From an uncultured Muribaculaceae bacterium (GTDB taxonomy: Bacteria; Bacteroidota; Bacteroidia; Bacteroidales; Muribaculaceae), in NCBI GenBank assembly GCA_910583675.1, contig CAJTYH010000010.1, positions 526 through 64,525 on the forward strand: 64,000 bases of DNA, written 5' to 3'. The translations under genes and the position numbers were made by a program. The notes under the pieces are model-generated. The model saw nothing but the letters and a program-made list of their open reading frames with translations. It was not told the origin of the DNA and searched no databases. Shown piece by piece: positions 39,160 to 50,620 of this stretch (position 1 is its first letter; each line of letters starts with the position of its first letter).

Positions 39160-41796
39160 ATGAGCAATAAACCTCTTACTGCAAAGGAGATAAGAGAATC
39201 TTTCAAGCAGTTTTTCGAAAGCAAAGGGCACCGGATTGTTCCCTCGGCACCCATGGTAGTAAAGGATGACCCCACGCTGATGTTCACCAACGCGGGCATG
39301 AATCAGTTCAAAGACATAATCCTTGGAAACAAGGCTCCGAAATGGACGCGTGTCACCGACAGCCAGAAGTGCCTGCGTGTGAGCGGAAAGCACAACGATC
39401 TTGAGGAAGTGGGTCATGATACGTATCATCACACCATGTTCGAGATGCTTGGTAACTGGTCGTTTGGTGACTACTTCAAGAAAGAAGCTATTGACTGGGC
39501 CTGGGAATTCCTGGTAGACGTTCTCGGTCTGAATCCGGAGCATTTGTATGCGACCGTTTTTGAAGGCTCGCCCTCCGAGGGTCTTACCCGCGACGACGAG
39601 GCAGCCTCGTATTGGGAGGCTCATCTCCCGGCAAGCCATATAATCAATGGCAACAAGCACGACAATTTCTGGGAAATGGGTGATACTGGGCCTTGCGGCC
39701 CCTGTTCCGAGATCCATATAGATCTCAGAAGCGACGAAGAGCGTAAGGCTGTGCCCGGTGCCCAGCTCGTCAACAAGGATCATCCGCAGGTGATAGAGAT
39801 ATGGAACCTTGTGTTCATGCAGTTCAACCGCAAGGCCGACCACACGCTTGAGCCGCTTCCCGCCAAGGTGATAGACACCGGTATGGGATTCGAGCGCCTG
39901 TGCATGGCGCTTCAAGGAAAGACCTCGAACTACGACACCGACGTGTTCACCCCCATGATCGGCAAGATTGCCGAGCTTTCAGGAAAGAAATACGGGGAGG
40001 ATCATATGGTTGACGTGGCCATGCGAGTGATAGCCGACCATATCCGCACGATAGCATTTTCGATAGCGGATTCACAGCTTCCGGGAAATGCCAAGGCCGG
40101 GTATGTGATCCGTCGCATATTGCGTCGTGCCGTGCGTTATGCATATACTTTCCTTGACCAGAAAGAGGCGTTCATGTACAAACTCGTGGACACTCTCATA
40201 GAATCCATGGGTGAAGCTTATCCCGAGCTTCCGCAGCAGCGTGAATTGATAATGAAGGTGACCAAAGAGGAGGAGGATTCTTTCCTGCGCACTCTTGAGA
40301 ACGGCATCCGTATGCTTGAAAACGCCATAGCGGCAGCCCGCAAGGATGGCAAAACCGAGATCGCGGGCAGTGAGGCCTTTGTGTTGTATGACACCTATGG
40401 CTTCCCTCTTGACCTGACGGAACTAATCCTTAAGGAAAAGGGAATGACCCTTGACCAGAAAGGGTTTGACCGCGAGATGGAGGCTCAGAAAGCTCGTGCG
40501 CGCAATGCCGCTGCAGTCGAGGCCACCGATTGGGTTACGGTGCGCGAAGGTGAGGAGGAGTTCGTCGGCTACGATCATACGGAGGCCGAGGCTCGTATAC
40601 TCCGCTACCGCAAGGTGAAGCAGAAAAACAAGGAGTTCTATCAGATAATTCTTGACCGCACCCCGTTTTATGCCGAAATGGGCGGTCAGGTAGGGGACAG
40701 CGGCAAGCTGGTTTCCGCATCAGGAGAGGTTATCGAGATATTCGACACGAAACGTGAGAACGGCATCGGCGTCCATCTCGCCCATAAGCTCCCGGCAGAC
40801 CCGGGCGCGGAGTTCATAGCTTCCATAAACAAGGAAGCGCGTCGTGCCACCTCCTGCAACCACACTGCCACACACCTGCTGCACGAGGCTCTGCGTGAAG
40901 TGCTCGGCACCCATGTGGAGCAGAAAGGCTCCTATGTGTCACCCGAGATCCTGCGTTTCGACTTCTCGCATTTCCAGAAAGTAACACCCGAGGAACTGCG
41001 TAAGGTGGAGCATCTGGCCAACCGCAAGGTGCGCGAGGCATACAGTCGTGATGAGCGTCGCAATGTTCCCATAGAGGAGGCTCGCAAAATGGGCGCGATG
41101 GCTCTGTTCGGCGAGAAATACGGCGATGAAGTGCGTGTGATACGTTATGGAAGTTCCGTGGAGCTTTGCGGCGGAACGCATGTGGACAACACGGGTAATA
41201 TCGGTATGATAAAGATCGTTTCCGAGAGCAGCATAGCAGCGGGCATACGTCGTATAGAGGCCATCACGGGAGAGAATGTGGAGAAAGCGATAGATGACAT
41301 GAGCGACAATCTCCGTGAGATAGGGCTGATGCTGCACAATGCTCCGGATCTCGTTGCCGCCCTGAAGAAAGAGATTGAGGAAAATGAGAACCTGCGTCGC
41401 CAGGCCGAGGAACATTTCAAGGAACGCGTGGCTCAGCTTACATCCAAGCTTCTGGCCGATGCGGAGGAGATCAATGGCATAAAGGTTGTGCTCCTCAGTG
41501 GAGTGCGCCTTCCCGAAGTGGCCAAGAACGTGGCTTTCAGCGTACGCGCTTCGTCTCCCGAGAAGACTGCGTTCATAGGGGCTACCGTTGACATGAGCGG
41601 TAAGCCCCTGCTTACCGTAATGCTCACGAACGACCTTGTTGAGGAAGGTTTGAATGCATCGCAGATGGTGCGTGAGGCTGCCAAGTCCATCAAGGGAGGT
41701 GGAGGAGGCCAGCCCGGTTTTGCCCAGGCGGGAGGCAAGGATGCCAACGGACTGTCGTTGGCTATGGAGACGCTTCGTGCGGCCATCACGCATTGA
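39160..41796 (+). CDS. alaS: Alanine--tRNA ligase
   Basis: [47 protein letters not shown]. Confidence 0.98.
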   Translation: MSNKPLTAKEIRESFKQFFESKGHRIVPSAPMVVKDDPTLMFTNAGMNQFKDIILGNKAPKWTRVTDSQKCLRVSGKHNDLEEVGHDTYHHTMFEMLGNWSFGDYFKKEAIDWAWEFLVDVLGLNPEHLYATVFEGSPSEGLTRDDEAASYWEAHLPASHIINGNKHDNFWEMGDTGPCGPCSEIHIDLRSDEERKAVPGAQLVNKDHPQVIEIWNLVFMQFNRKADHTLEPLPAKVIDTGMGFERLCMALQGKTSNYDTDVFTPMIGKIAELSGKKYGEDHMVDVAMRVIADHIRTIAFSIADSQLPGNAKAGYVIRRILRRAVRYAYTFLDQKEAFMYKLVDTLIESMGEAYPELPQQRELIMKVTKEEEDSFLRTLENGIRMLENAIAAARKDGKTEIAGSEAFVLYDTYGFPLDLTELILKEKGMTLDQKGFDREMEAQKARARNAAAVEATDWVTVREGEEEFVGYDHTEAEARILRYRKVKQKNKEFYQIILDRTPFYAEMGGQVGDSGKLVSASGEVIEIFDTKRENGIGVHLAHKLPADPGAEFIASINKEARRATSCNHTATHLLHEALREVLGTHVEQKGSYVSPEILRFDFSHFQKVTPEELRKVEHLANRKVREAYSRDERRNVPIEEARKMGAMALFGEKYGDEVRVIRYGSSVELCGGTHVDNTGNIGMIKIVSESSIAAGIRRIEAITGENVEKAIDDMSDNLREIGLMLHNAPDLVAALKKEIEENENLRRQAEEHFKERVAQLTSKLLADAEEINGIKVVLLSGVRLPEVAKNVAFSVRASSPEKTAFIGATVDMSGKPLLTVMLTNDLVEEGLNASQMVREAAKSIKGGGGGQPGFAQAGGKDANGLSLAMETLRAAITH

Positions 41797-41875
41797 GATT
41801 TCATAAGTATTTATCAATTATAACCGTTCACCGCCATATACTATACAGGTGCCGGACACACGCATGAATAAAAAT

Positions 41876-42967
41876 ATGAAAAAGACAGCTTTAATTACAG
41901 GTGTGACAGGTCAGGACGGCTCTTTCCTTGCGGAATTCCTTATCGAAAAAGGATATGACGTGCATGGAACCATACGGCGTTCGTCAGTGGATTACCGCGA
42001 GCGCATCGCACACCTTGAGGGGAATGAGAATTTCCACCTTCATTACGCCGATCTCGGCGATTCCATGAGCATCCTTCAGGTGGTACAGAAAGTGCGTCCT
42101 GATGAGATCTATAACCTTGCCGCACAGAGCCATGTGCAGGTGTCGTTTGACTCGCCCGAATTTACTGCGGACGTTGACGCCACCGGTGTGCTACGTGTGC
42201 TTGAGGCAGTGCGTCTCTGTGGCATGGGGGATACTTGCCGCATTTACCAGGCTTCCACTTCGGAGCTTTACGGCAAGGTGGAGGAGGTGCCCCAGAATGA
42301 GAATACCCCATTCCATCCCTACAGCCCCTATGCTGTGGCCAAGCTTTACGGCTATTGGATCGTAAAGGAGTACCGCGAGGCATACAACATGTACTGCTGT
42401 TCCGGCATCCTTTTCAACCATGAGAGCGAGCGCCGTGGCGAGACATTCGTCACCCGCAAGATCACACTTGCCGCCGCACGCATTGCCCATGGCAAGCAGG
42501 ACAAACTCTATCTTGGCAACCTCTCCTCCCTGCGCGACTGGGGCTATGCCAAGGATTATGTGGAGTGCATGTGGCTCATTCTCCAGCAGGAGAAGCCTCA
42601 GGACTTTGTCATCGCTACCGGCGAGCAGCACTCGGTGCGGGAGTTCGCCACCCTGGCTTTCCGCAACGTAGGCATAAATCTCCGTTGGGAGGGTGAGGGA
42701 CTGGATGAAAAGGGGATCGATGAAGCTACCGGGCGTGTGCTCGTGGAGGTTTCGCCTGACTTCTACCGTCCTACAGACGTGGTAAACCTTTGGGGAGATC
42801 CCACAAAGGCCAAAGCGCTCCTGGGATGGAACCCCACGAAGACTTCTTTCGAGCAGTTGGTCAAGATAATGACGGATGCAGACATGGAGAAGGTGGCTGT
42901 GGAGCGTGCCGGTGAACAGGTGCGTACCAACCTTGCCGAATATCTTGAAAAGGGTATCGTAAAATAA
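41876..42967 (+). CDS. gmd: GDP-mannose 4,6-dehydratase
   Basis: [36 protein letters not shown]. Confidence 0.97.
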   Translation: MKKTALITGVTGQDGSFLAEFLIEKGYDVHGTIRRSSVDYRERIAHLEGNENFHLHYADLGDSMSILQVVQKVRPDEIYNLAAQSHVQVSFDSPEFTADVDATGVLRVLEAVRLCGMGDTCRIYQASTSELYGKVEEVPQNENTPFHPYSPYAVAKLYGYWIVKEYREAYNMYCCSGILFNHESERRGETFVTRKITLAAARIAHGKQDKLYLGNLSSLRDWGYAKDYVECMWLILQQEKPQDFVIATGEQHSVREFATLAFRNVGINLRWEGEGLDEKGIDEATGRVLVEVSPDFYRPTDVVNLWGDPTKAKALLGWNPTKTSFEQLVKIMTDADMEKVAVERAGEQVRTNLAEYLEKGIVK

Positions 42968-42976
42968 GCAGTGACC

Positions 42977-43921
42977 ATGATGGAAAAAGACGCAAAGATA
43001 TATGTGGCAGGTCATCGCGGAATGGTAGGTTCGGCCATTGTGCGCGAACTTGAGCGTCAGGGATATACCAATATCATCACCCGCACCCACAAGGAGCTTG
43101 ACCTCTGCCGCCAGGATGAGGTGGAGCGCTTTTTCGCTGAGGAGAAGCCTGAATACGTTTTTCTTGCCGCCGCAAAGGTGGGAGGCATAATCGCCAACCA
43201 TTCAGCCCTCGCCGATTTCATGTATGACAACATGATACTGGAGATGAATGTGATTCACTCGGCATGGAAAAACGGTTGCAAGAAGCTTGAGTTCCTCGGG
43301 TCGTCGTGCATCTATCCGCGTATGGCACCTCAGCCCATGAAAGAGAGTTGCCTGCTGACTTCGGAACTGGAGCAGACCAACGAGGCATATGCACTTGCAA
43401 AGATCTCTGGATTGAAATACTGCGAATATCTCAACCGCCAGTACGGTACGGATTACATCAGCGTGATGCCAACGAACCTCTACGGCCCCAACGACAATTA
43501 CCATCCCACGCATTCGCATGTGGTGCCCGCTCTCATACGGCGCTTCCATGAAGCAAAGGAGCAGGGGTTGACGGAGGTAACCTGCTGGGGGGACGGCACG
43601 CCGTTGAGGGAATTCCTCTACGTGGACGATCTTGCCAACCTGTGTGTATTCCTCATGAACAACTATTCCGGAAACGAGACTGTGAATGCCGGATCGGGGA
43701 AGGAACTGACCATAAAGGAGCTTACCGAGCTTGTGGCCAAGACCGTAGGTTACGAAGGGCGCATACTCTGGGATGCTTCAAAGCCGAACGGCACACCGCG
43801 CAAGCTGCTTGATGTGAGCAAGAGCGCGGCTCTCGGTTGGAAATATCGCACGGAACTGGAGGAGGGTTTGCGTCTCTCCTATGAGGATTTCCTCTCCAAT
43901 CCCATGCGTGCCGAGCGATGA
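42977..43921 (+). CDS. fcl: GDP-L-fucose synthase
   Basis: [33 protein letters not shown]. Confidence 0.96.
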   Translation: MMEKDAKIYVAGHRGMVGSAIVRELERQGYTNIITRTHKELDLCRQDEVERFFAEEKPEYVFLAAAKVGGIIANHSALADFMYDNMILEMNVIHSAWKNGCKKLEFLGSSCIYPRMAPQPMKESCLLTSELEQTNEAYALAKISGLKYCEYLNRQYGTDYISVMPTNLYGPNDNYHPTHSHVVPALIRRFHEAKEQGLTEVTCWGDGTPLREFLYVDDLANLCVFLMNNYSGNETVNAGSGKELTIKELTELVAKTVGYEGRILWDASKPNGTPRKLLDVSKSAALGWKYRTELEEGLRLSYEDFLSNPMRAER

Positions 43922-43978
43922 TATTGCAGGTCTGCAATAATCAATTGCAGTGCATCGTTATTTAGGAAAGCAATGAAT

Positions 43979-44009
43979 CAATCGGGGAGGCTTGTGCCTC
44001 CTCGATTTT
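43979..44009 (+). terminator. Terminator after gmd-fcl
   Basis: AATCGGGGAGGC...GCCTCCTCGATTTT. Confidence 0.65.
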
Positions 44010-44029
44010 CAGATGAATGATTTGATGAT

Positions 44030-45253
44030 ATGGTAAAGTCTCTCTCAAACAGGGCAGCTTGCATCTTAAGGGCATGGTTATGGGGAGTAGTGATTTCGCT
44101 CCTTGCAATGCTTGCCGTGTCATGTTCCAAGGAAGATGATCCGGTGCCTCCCGTGCAAAAAAACGGGGAACGGTCTGTCCTTGTCTACATGGTGGCGAAC
44201 AACAGCCTTGGAGGCTCTATCCCTCCCGGCAAGGATGAACCAGGTTATGATAATGCCGATATAGGTGAGATGCTTTATGCGGCAGCCAACGGGGCGCTTG
44301 GTGGAAATCGCCTTATCGTCTATCACCATGCCTATCGTAAGCCTCCGGTGTTGAAAGAGATAACCTCCGGAGGGATAAAGGAATTGAAAACCTATGAAAC
44401 TTCGGAAAGCTCAGTAAGCGCCTCGCGCATGCTGCAGGTGCTTGAGGATTTCAAGAGTGAAGCGCCGGCTGAGAAATACGGGATCGTGTTGTGGAGTCAT
44501 GCCAATGGCTGGATCCAGAACGGGATGCCTGAAAACCTGGAACAAATACGTCCGAAGGCATTCGGGGAAGACTTGTTCGACGGACGTAGGGTGTATATGA
44601 ACGTGACAACCCTGGCGAGGGTGCTCGCCGGGCAAGGTTTCGATTATGTATATTTCGACTGTTGCCATATGGCCGGAGTGGAGGTGGCATATGAATTGCG
44701 GAATGTCACTGAAAAGATTGTGGGATCGGTAACCGAACTTCCTGCTGCCGGCATGCCATATGACCTTACGCTTCCATATCTTATGTCGGGAGAGGTGGAA
44801 AAGGCGGCAGGCGCCACTTTCGCGAGTTATGACGCATTGTCGGGAAGCGAGCGCACCTGCACCATGTCGGTGGTCGATACTTCGCGCCTTGACCGCCTTG
44901 CGGCGGCAGTAGGAGCCCTTTACAGCTTGTGCCCTGCATTGCCTGACGACTATGTCCCCCAGAAGTTCATATACCGCAATTGCCATTATTTCGACCTGCT
45001 TCATTATATGGAGGGACTATGCGGAGGGAGCAGTGAGTTGGCCGTCCCGCTTGCGGAAGCAGCCGCTGCATTGGACGATGCGGTGGTGTATAGCGCCGCC
45101 ACCCCATGGATATGGGAGGGGCATTATTCGCAGGTTGAATTGAAGAGTCATTGCGGGTTGTCAACTCATATATTGCGTTCTCCCCAGGATGCAGCACAGT
45201 ACAACTACAATCAGCTGGAGTGGTATGCCGATGTGGCATCGCGCCTGTTTTAG
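44030..45253 (+). CDS. Clostripain-related C11 cysteine peptidase, lipoprotein
   Basis: Lipobox AVSC, VLVYMVANNSL, LWSHANGW (His), YFDCCHM (Cys), EVAYELR. Confidence 0.88.
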   Translation: MVKSLSNRAACILRAWLWGVVISLLAMLAVSCSKEDDPVPPVQKNGERSVLVYMVANNSLGGSIPPGKDEPGYDNADIGEMLYAAANGALGGNRLIVYHHAYRKPPVLKEITSGGIKELKTYETSESSVSASRMLQVLEDFKSEAPAEKYGIVLWSHANGWIQNGMPENLEQIRPKAFGEDLFDGRRVYMNVTTLARVLAGQGFDYVYFDCCHMAGVEVAYELRNVTEKIVGSVTELPAAGMPYDLTLPYLMSGEVEKAAGATFASYDALSGSERTCTMSVVDTSRLDRLAAAVGALYSLCPALPDDYVPQKFIYRNCHYFDLLHYMEGLCGGSSELAVPLAEAAAALDDAVVYSAATPWIWEGHYSQVELKSHCGLSTHILRSPQDAAQYNYNQLEWYADVASRLF

Positions 45254-45291
45254 ACGAATTCCAAATAGGTTAACTTAGAAAACAGTTACTT

Positions 45292-46428
45292 ATGCTATTA
45301 TACGAGATATTATTGCAGTCCATTCCATTGGCCGGAGCTGCCGATCAGTCTGCGGCAGGGTCTGATAAGAGTGGCGACATTGCCTCGGCGTTGAAGTCGC
45401 TTTCGATACAGGATCTTCTGAACCGCCTTGCGGAGTCGGCGGTGGGTTTCGCCATGGATCTCGCCATCGCCATAGTGGTCTTCTATGCCGGACGTTTCAT
45501 AATAAGGAAAATCTATGGTTTTGTAAAGTCGGTGTTCCTCACCCGCCGCATTGATGCGTCACTCACCACCTTTGTGTTGAGCCTGATCAACATAGTGCTG
45601 TACTTCATCCTGATCGTCACTGTGATAGGCATAATCGGCATAGAAACCACCTCGTTCCTCGCGCTGTTTGCCTCTGCCGGCGTCGCCATCGGTATGGCTC
45701 TGAGCGGTACGCTTCAGAATTTTGCCGGCGGGGTGCTTATCCTGCTTTTGAAGCCTTATAAGATAGGCGACTTCATCGAAGTACAGGGTTATGCCGGGAC
45801 GGTAAAGGAGATACAGATTTTCTTTACCGTGATAACCACGGGCGACAACAAGTCCATACTTATTCCCAACGGCGGTCTGTCCACCGGAAGTGTGAACAAC
45901 TACAGCAAGGAGGAGTATCGCCGCGTCTCCTGGACGGTGTCCATTTCTTATGGCGACGATGTGACAAGGGCGCGTGAGGCTATACTCGGTTTCTTTGCCA
46001 AGGATGACCGTATCATGCCTGTTTCGGCAGATGCGGTACCTGTGGACGAAGCTGCTGCAATTGACGCTGCCGGCAAGGAGGCTGATATGGCCTACCCCGG
46101 TGAGCCGGTGAAGTGTCCGGGGTGGCTTAGGTCTGTTTTCGGAAAGAAATCCAAGGGTGTTGCAGGGGTATCGGGCGGCATAGGAAATGCCGTCAAGGGT
46201 GAGATGCCGTTGCCTAAACCTAATCTGTCGCCGGCTGTGCTTGTCAACGAGCTTGGAGCGTCCAGTGTGGATCTCCAGGTGCGTGCATGGGTGAAAAGCG
46301 CCGATTACTGGACGGTATATTTCCACTATAACGAGCTGTTCTACAACGAACTTCCCAAATATGGCATCAGTTTTCCGTTCCCGCAGCTTGACGTGCATGT
46401 CAATGGCGCGCTAAATTCTCAGGCATGA
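45292..46428 (+). CDS. mscS: MscS mechanosensitive channel
   Basis: GVAIGMALSGTLQNFAGG, KPYKIGDFI, IPNG, FPFPQLDVH. Confidence 0.9.
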   Translation: MLLYEILLQSIPLAGAADQSAAGSDKSGDIASALKSLSIQDLLNRLAESAVGFAMDLAIAIVVFYAGRFIIRKIYGFVKSVFLTRRIDASLTTFVLSLINIVLYFILIVTVIGIIGIETTSFLALFASAGVAIGMALSGTLQNFAGGVLILLLKPYKIGDFIEVQGYAGTVKEIQIFFTVITTGDNKSILIPNGGLSTGSVNNYSKEEYRRVSWTVSISYGDDVTRAREAILGFFAKDDRIMPVSADAVPVDEAAAIDAAGKEADMAYPGEPVKCPGWLRSVFGKKSKGVAGVSGGIGNAVKGEMPLPKPNLSPAVLVNELGASSVDLQVRAWVKSADYWTVYFHYNELFYNELPKYGISFPFPQLDVHVNGALNSQA

Positions 46429-47024
46429 TGTTGCAGATACAGGACACGTTGGTCTCCCTTGACCTTGCCGAGCAGTTCTTCTGCTGCGATCTGGACAAAT
46501 GTCTGGGTGCATGCTGCATAGAGGGAGATGCCGGTGCGCCGGTTACGGAAGATGAAGTGAAGGAGATAGAGCGCGTACTTCCCGAGATCGAGGCCGACAT
46601 GATGCCCCGTGCCATAGAGGAGGTGAAGGCCAACGGGGTTGCTTATACCGATGTGGAGGGGGATCTGGTCACGACCATCCTTGACGGACGCAATTGCGCC
46701 TTCACATGTTATGCCCCGGGAGGTGTATGCCTGTGTGCGCTTGAGAAGGCTTTTCGCGAGGGACGCACCGACTGGAAGAAGCCGGTTTCCTGCTCGCTGT
46801 ATCCGTTGCGCATAAAGGAGTTCCCGACATTTACGGCGGTGAACTATCATCGTTGGAAGATATGCCGCGATGCCGAGGCGCTCGGTCGCAAGAAAGGCAT
46901 ACGGTTGTATCAGTTCCTACGCGAGCCTCTTATAGAGCGTTTCGGAGCCGATTGGTATGCGGAACTGGAACAGGCTTGTGAACTGTATCTTAAGGAATAC
47001 GGTGACAATTCCCCGCGCCGTTGA
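46425..47024 (+). CDS. DUF3109 family Cys-rich protein
   Basis: FCCDLDKCLGACCIEGDAGAP, KPVSCSLYP. Confidence 0.88.
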   Translation: MMLQIQDTLVSLDLAEQFFCCDLDKCLGACCIEGDAGAPVTEDEVKEIERVLPEIEADMMPRAIEEVKANGVAYTDVEGDLVTTILDGRNCAFTCYAPGGVCLCALEKAFREGRTDWKKPVSCSLYPLRIKEFPTFTAVNYHRWKICRDAEALGRKKGIRLYQFLREPLIERFGADWYAELEQACELYLKEYGDNSPRR

Positions 47025-47150
47025 CCGCTCAGCCCGGTTGAATATATAATGGCGATGTGTCAAAATTTACATATCGCCATTTTTTATCCGGATGGTGAGG
47101 GTGCTATAAGAATGGTTCAGATGTTAGGAGCCATTATGATACACCCTCGT

Positions 47151-49079
47151 TTACAGCGATTCGATCTCCCGCAGCCAAAGGGCGGAGGTGGCATCGGACG
47201 GCATTCGCCAGTCTCCTCGGGGAGAAAGGCATACGGATCCTACCTTGGGGCCGTCAGGAAGACAGGAACGCTTGAACTGCTGATTGAAGAAACGACGGAA
47301 GAAGATGCGCAGCCAGTGGCGTATAGTTTCCGGGGAGTATGTGCCGTTGAATGCGTGCAAGGCCAATCTGTAGATGCGGCGGGGAGAGGAGCCGAAACGC
47401 AGTGTGTGGTAAAGGAAGAAATCGTGCAGTTCGTAGGGGCCTACGAGATCTTCGGTTTTCTGAGCGATGTTTCCGTCGGCGTCGGCGGGTATTAGCTCCG
47501 GTGAAATGGGGGTGTCTATTATGTCGTGGAGGGCATTTGCCAATTCTGGATTCCCGGCGCGGTCGGCAAACCACCTTACGAGGTATTTGACGAGTGTCTT
47601 GGGGATGGAGGCGTTCACGCCATACATTGACATGTGGTCACCGTTGTATGTGGCCCACCCGAGCGCGAGTTCGGAAAGGTCTCCGGTGCCGAGCACCATC
47701 CCCCCCTCACGGTTGGCTACGTCCATCAGTATCTGTGTGCGCTCGCGTGCCTGTGAGTTCTCGTATGTCACGTCGTGGACTTCGGGATCGTGGCCTATGT
47801 CTGCAAAATGTTGCATTACGGCATTGCCGATGTTGATTTCCCGTGCCGTGACCCCGAGCCTCTCCATGATGGTGACGGCGTTGGCGTGGGTGCGTCCGGT
47901 GGTTCCGAATCCGGGCATCGTTATGCCGATTATGCCGGTTCGTGGCAATTTCAGCCGGTCGAATGCCTTGGTGGCAACCAGCAGTGCAAGGGTGGAATCC
48001 AGACCTCCCGAGATTCCTACGACGAGCTTTCTGCATCCTGTGGCCGAAAGTCTTTGGGCGAGTCCGGCAGCTTGTATGTTTATTATTTCCGTCGCGCGGG
48101 CATCTATCTCTTTGTCGGAAGCAGCCACGAAGGGGTGCGGGTCTATATGGCGACGCAGTTCGCCAGACATGTCGTCCGGTACAGGTGCGAGTGGCACTTT
48201 TACGGTCTGTGCCTGAGTTTCCAGTTCGGCGCTTGCGCAGTCGTGGAACGATCCCATATGCATCCGGTCGCGGTTCAGGGCTTCCACGTCAATGTCGCAT
48301 ATCACGCTCCTTGTTCCTGTTTCCCACCTTGGGGATGATGCAAGGATTGTCCCGTTTTCGGCGATTATGGCCTTCCCGTCGAATACAAGATCGGTGGAGG
48401 ACTCGCCGAATCCGGGCGAGGCATACACATATGCCGCTATGCATCTGCCCGACTGCTGCCTTATAAGGTCGCACAGATAGTCGTATTTACCTATGAGGTC
48501 GTCGGAGGCCGATAGGTTGAGGAGTATCTGTGCTCCGGCGAGTGCGCGGCGGCAGGAGGGGGGGATAGGTGTCCAGAGATCTTCGCAGATTTCTATGCCG
48601 GCCTTCACTTCGTTGCCCATGTCAAGGAGCAGGTCTGCAGCCAGTGGCGCGCCAAGCAGTGTGCCTGTCTCTCCGTGGCCACTGTCAAACCATCGCTTTT
48701 CGTAGAACTCGTTGTAGTTAGGGATGTATGTCTTTGGCACTACAGCCCGGATTTCGCCTCCCGCAATGACCACCGCGCAGTTGAGCAGCCTGTGCCCGTG
48801 CCTGAGGGGCGCTCCCACGACGATGGCCGTGGATGGGAACGACTTTGACATTCCGGCGAGTGTGTGAAGCGCCTCTTCCGTGGCATTGAGCAGGGTGGAG
48901 TTGTGGAAGAGATCGCCACAGGTGTATCCGGTAACGGAAAGTTCCGGGAACACTGCGAGGCGTACTCCCTGCGATGATAGTCCGGCGGCTGTTTCTGCGA
49001 TGTGTCTTATGTTTTCCTCGGGATTCGCGAGCACGACCGGTACAGTGGCCGCTGCAACCCTGAAAAATCCGTCTTGCAT
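47151..49079 (-). CDS. nadE: Glutamine-dependent NAD+ synthetase
   Basis: Nitrilase domain (FPEL, FYEKRWF, EICEDLW) plus SGGLDST synthetase domain. Confidence 0.96.
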   Translation of the reverse strand: MQDGFFRVAAATVPVVLANPEENIRHIAETAAGLSSQGVRLAVFPELSVTGYTCGDLFHNSTLLNATEEALHTLAGMSKSFPSTAIVVGAPLRHGHRLLNCAVVIAGGEIRAVVPKTYIPNYNEFYEKRWFDSGHGETGTLLGAPLAADLLLDMGNEVKAGIEICEDLWTPIPPSCRRALAGAQILLNLSASDDLIGKYDYLCDLIRQQSGRCIAAYVYASPGFGESSTDLVFDGKAIIAENGTILASSPRWETGTRSVICDIDVEALNRDRMHMGSFHDCASAELETQAQTVKVPLAPVPDDMSGELRRHIDPHPFVAASDKEIDARATEIINIQAAGLAQRLSATGCRKLVVGISGGLDSTLALLVATKAFDRLKLPRTGIIGITMPGFGTTGRTHANAVTIMERLGVTAREINIGNAVMQHFADIGHDPEVHDVTYENSQARERTQILMDVANREGGMVLGTGDLSELALGWATYNGDHMSMYGVNASIPKTLVKYLVRWFADRAGNPELANALHDIIDTPISPELIPADADGNIAQKTEDLVGPYELHDFFLYHTLRFGSSPRRIYRLALHAFNGTYSPETIRHWLRIFFRRFFNQQFKRSCLPDGPKVGSVCLSPRGDWRMPSDATSALWLREIESL

Positions 49080-49389
49080 AGTTGAATTCTGTTTTTTATC
49101 GGTGCCGACGCCAAGATGTCGGCCAAATTGTGTGCTAAGTTACAAAAAAGGGGGTTGCAAAATAAGATTTAGGCTGAAAATCTTTTGTGGGATTTTTTGA
49201 GGATCCTAAAAATGGAATGGAAAAATTTGGTCAAATCGCGAAAAATCACTTACTTTGCACTCTGATTTGTGGCACCTCGGAAAAAGCCGGCGGCAGTGAT
49301 GCAGCCTCCGGCGATATGAGAAATGAATGGCGGCCAACAGATCGTGCTGAAAATCAACAACAAGAATCAAGAAAATATAATTAACAGCC

Positions 49390-49647
49390 ATGTCAAAGAT
49401 TTGTCAGATCACAGGCAAAAAAGCGATTACAGGAAATAACGTATCGCACTCAAAGCGCCACACAAAGCGCCGCTTTAATGTGAACTTGTTCAATCGCAAG
49501 TTCTACTGGGTAGAGCAGGACACCTGGATTCTCCTTACCCTCAGCAACGCCGGTCTCCGCACCATCAACAAAATGGGTCTCGACGCCGCTATCAAGCAGG
49601 CTGCCGCGAAAGGTTATCTCACTGAAATCAAACAATTAGACTTCTAA
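49390..49647 (+). CDS. rpmB: 50S ribosomal protein L28
   Basis: [29 protein letters not shown]. Confidence 0.96.
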   Translation: MSKICQITGKKAITGNNVSHSKRHTKRRFNVNLFNRKFYWVEQDTWILLTLSNAGLRTINKMGLDAAIKQAAAKGYLTEIKQLDF

Positions 49648-49651
49648 GAAA

Positions 49652-49840
49652 ATGGCAAAGAAAGCAAAAGGTAATCGCGTGCAGGTGATTCTCGAGTGCA
49701 CCGAACACAAGGCAAGTGGTATGCCCGGTACTTCCCGCTATATCACGACCAAGAACCGCAAGAACACCACCGAGCGTCTGGAGTTGAAGAAATACAACCC
49801 CATCCTCAAGAAGGTGACAGTTCACAAAGAAATCAAATAA
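49652..49840 (+). CDS. rpmG: 50S ribosomal protein L33
   Basis: [27 protein letters not shown]. Confidence 0.96.
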   Translation: MAKKAKGNRVQVILECTEHKASGMPGTSRYITTKNRKNTTERLELKKYNPILKKVTVHKEIK

Positions 49841-49868
49841 GAAACAGCATAATATTTTTTGACTCGAT

Positions 49869-50018
49869 ATGGCAAAGAAAACCGTCGCATCTCTTCAGAA
49901 AGGTGAAGGCCGCACCTATTCAAAGGTGATCAAAATGGTCAAGTCTCCCAAGACCGGTGCATATACCTTCCAGGAACAAATGGTGCCCAACGATGCCGTT
50001 AAGGACATCCTGAAATAA
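49869..50018 (+). CDS. DUF4295 small protein (49 aa, below the ORF track cutoff)
   Basis: Manual translation MAKKTVASLQKGEGRTYSKVIKMVKSPKTGAYTFQEQMVPNDAVKDILK; normally follows rpmG in Bacteroidetes. Confidence 0.88.
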   Translation: MAKKTVASLQKGEGRTYSKVIKMVKSPKTGAYTFQEQMVPNDAVKDILK

Positions 50019-50090
50019 ACAAGTCTGTAGACAAAACTTCCGTAGGTGTCCCGATTTGCTGGATACTTCATATACGGGAAACATCATAGG

Positions 50091-50139
50091 CATGAGCGTT
50101 GACGCAGCTTTTATGAGCGAGCGTCAACGCTCATGTTTG
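50091..50139 (+). terminator. Hairpin/terminator after the rpmB operon
   Basis: CATGAGCGTTGACGC...GCGTCAACGCTCATG followed by TTTG. Confidence 0.6.
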
Positions 50140-50318
50140 TTGGTGTCGTATATAATGGACGGTCGCCTCGTGTTGGTGATAGCTTCCTTGCGTTTTTAAT
50201 TGGTTGAATTGTGTTGGAATTGGAAGGAATTGCGGGTTGAATTGTCTGAAAAATTTGTGGATATTGGAAATAATGCGTACCTTTGCATCGCTTTGACGGA
50301 GACTGCCGTCAAGGTCTT

Positions 50319-50392
50319 CGGGGCGTAGCGCAGTCCGGTAGCGCACCTGGTTTGGGACCAGGTGGTCGCAGGTTCGAATCCTGTCACCCCGA
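50319..50392 (+). tRNA. tRNA-Pro(TGG), CCA not encoded
   Basis: Cloverleaf; anticodon arm CCTGG-TTTGGGA-CCAGG; GGTTCGAATCC T-arm; TACCTTTG promoter box upstream. Confidence 0.95.
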
Positions 50393-50395
50393 CGA

Positions 50396-50429
50396 TAAGG
50401 CGATGTGCCAGTAGGCATGTCGCCTTTTT
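50396..50429 (+). terminator. tRNA terminator
   Basis: AAGGCGATGTGCC...GGCATGTCGCCTTTTT. Confidence 0.7.
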
Positions 50430-50530
50430 AGTATTAAGATGGCAAGTGTTGTAGTATGTTTGTTTTTGGGGTCAGCGGATATTGGCAGTTGCCGTTGCGC
50501 CTTATTAGGCGCCTTCGGATGGGGATGGGT

Positions 50531-50620
50531 GAAAATAAAAAGGCGCTTATCACTAAGCGCCTTTTTATTGGTTTCCAATAGGTACAATTTCTAAGGTAAA
50601 AAAGATTGTTTTAGGTTTGT
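50531..50620 (-). ncRNA. Candidate small RNA
   Basis: Minus-strand promoter boxes at 50625-50659, ORF-less AU-rich body, terminator AAAAAGGCGCTTA..TAAGCGCCTTTTT. Confidence 0.4.

Noticed and set aside
41876..43921. gmd-fcl as part of a capsule locus
   Set aside because: No adjacent glycosyltransferases or UpxY; a stand-alone gmd-fcl pair is known in Bacteroidales.
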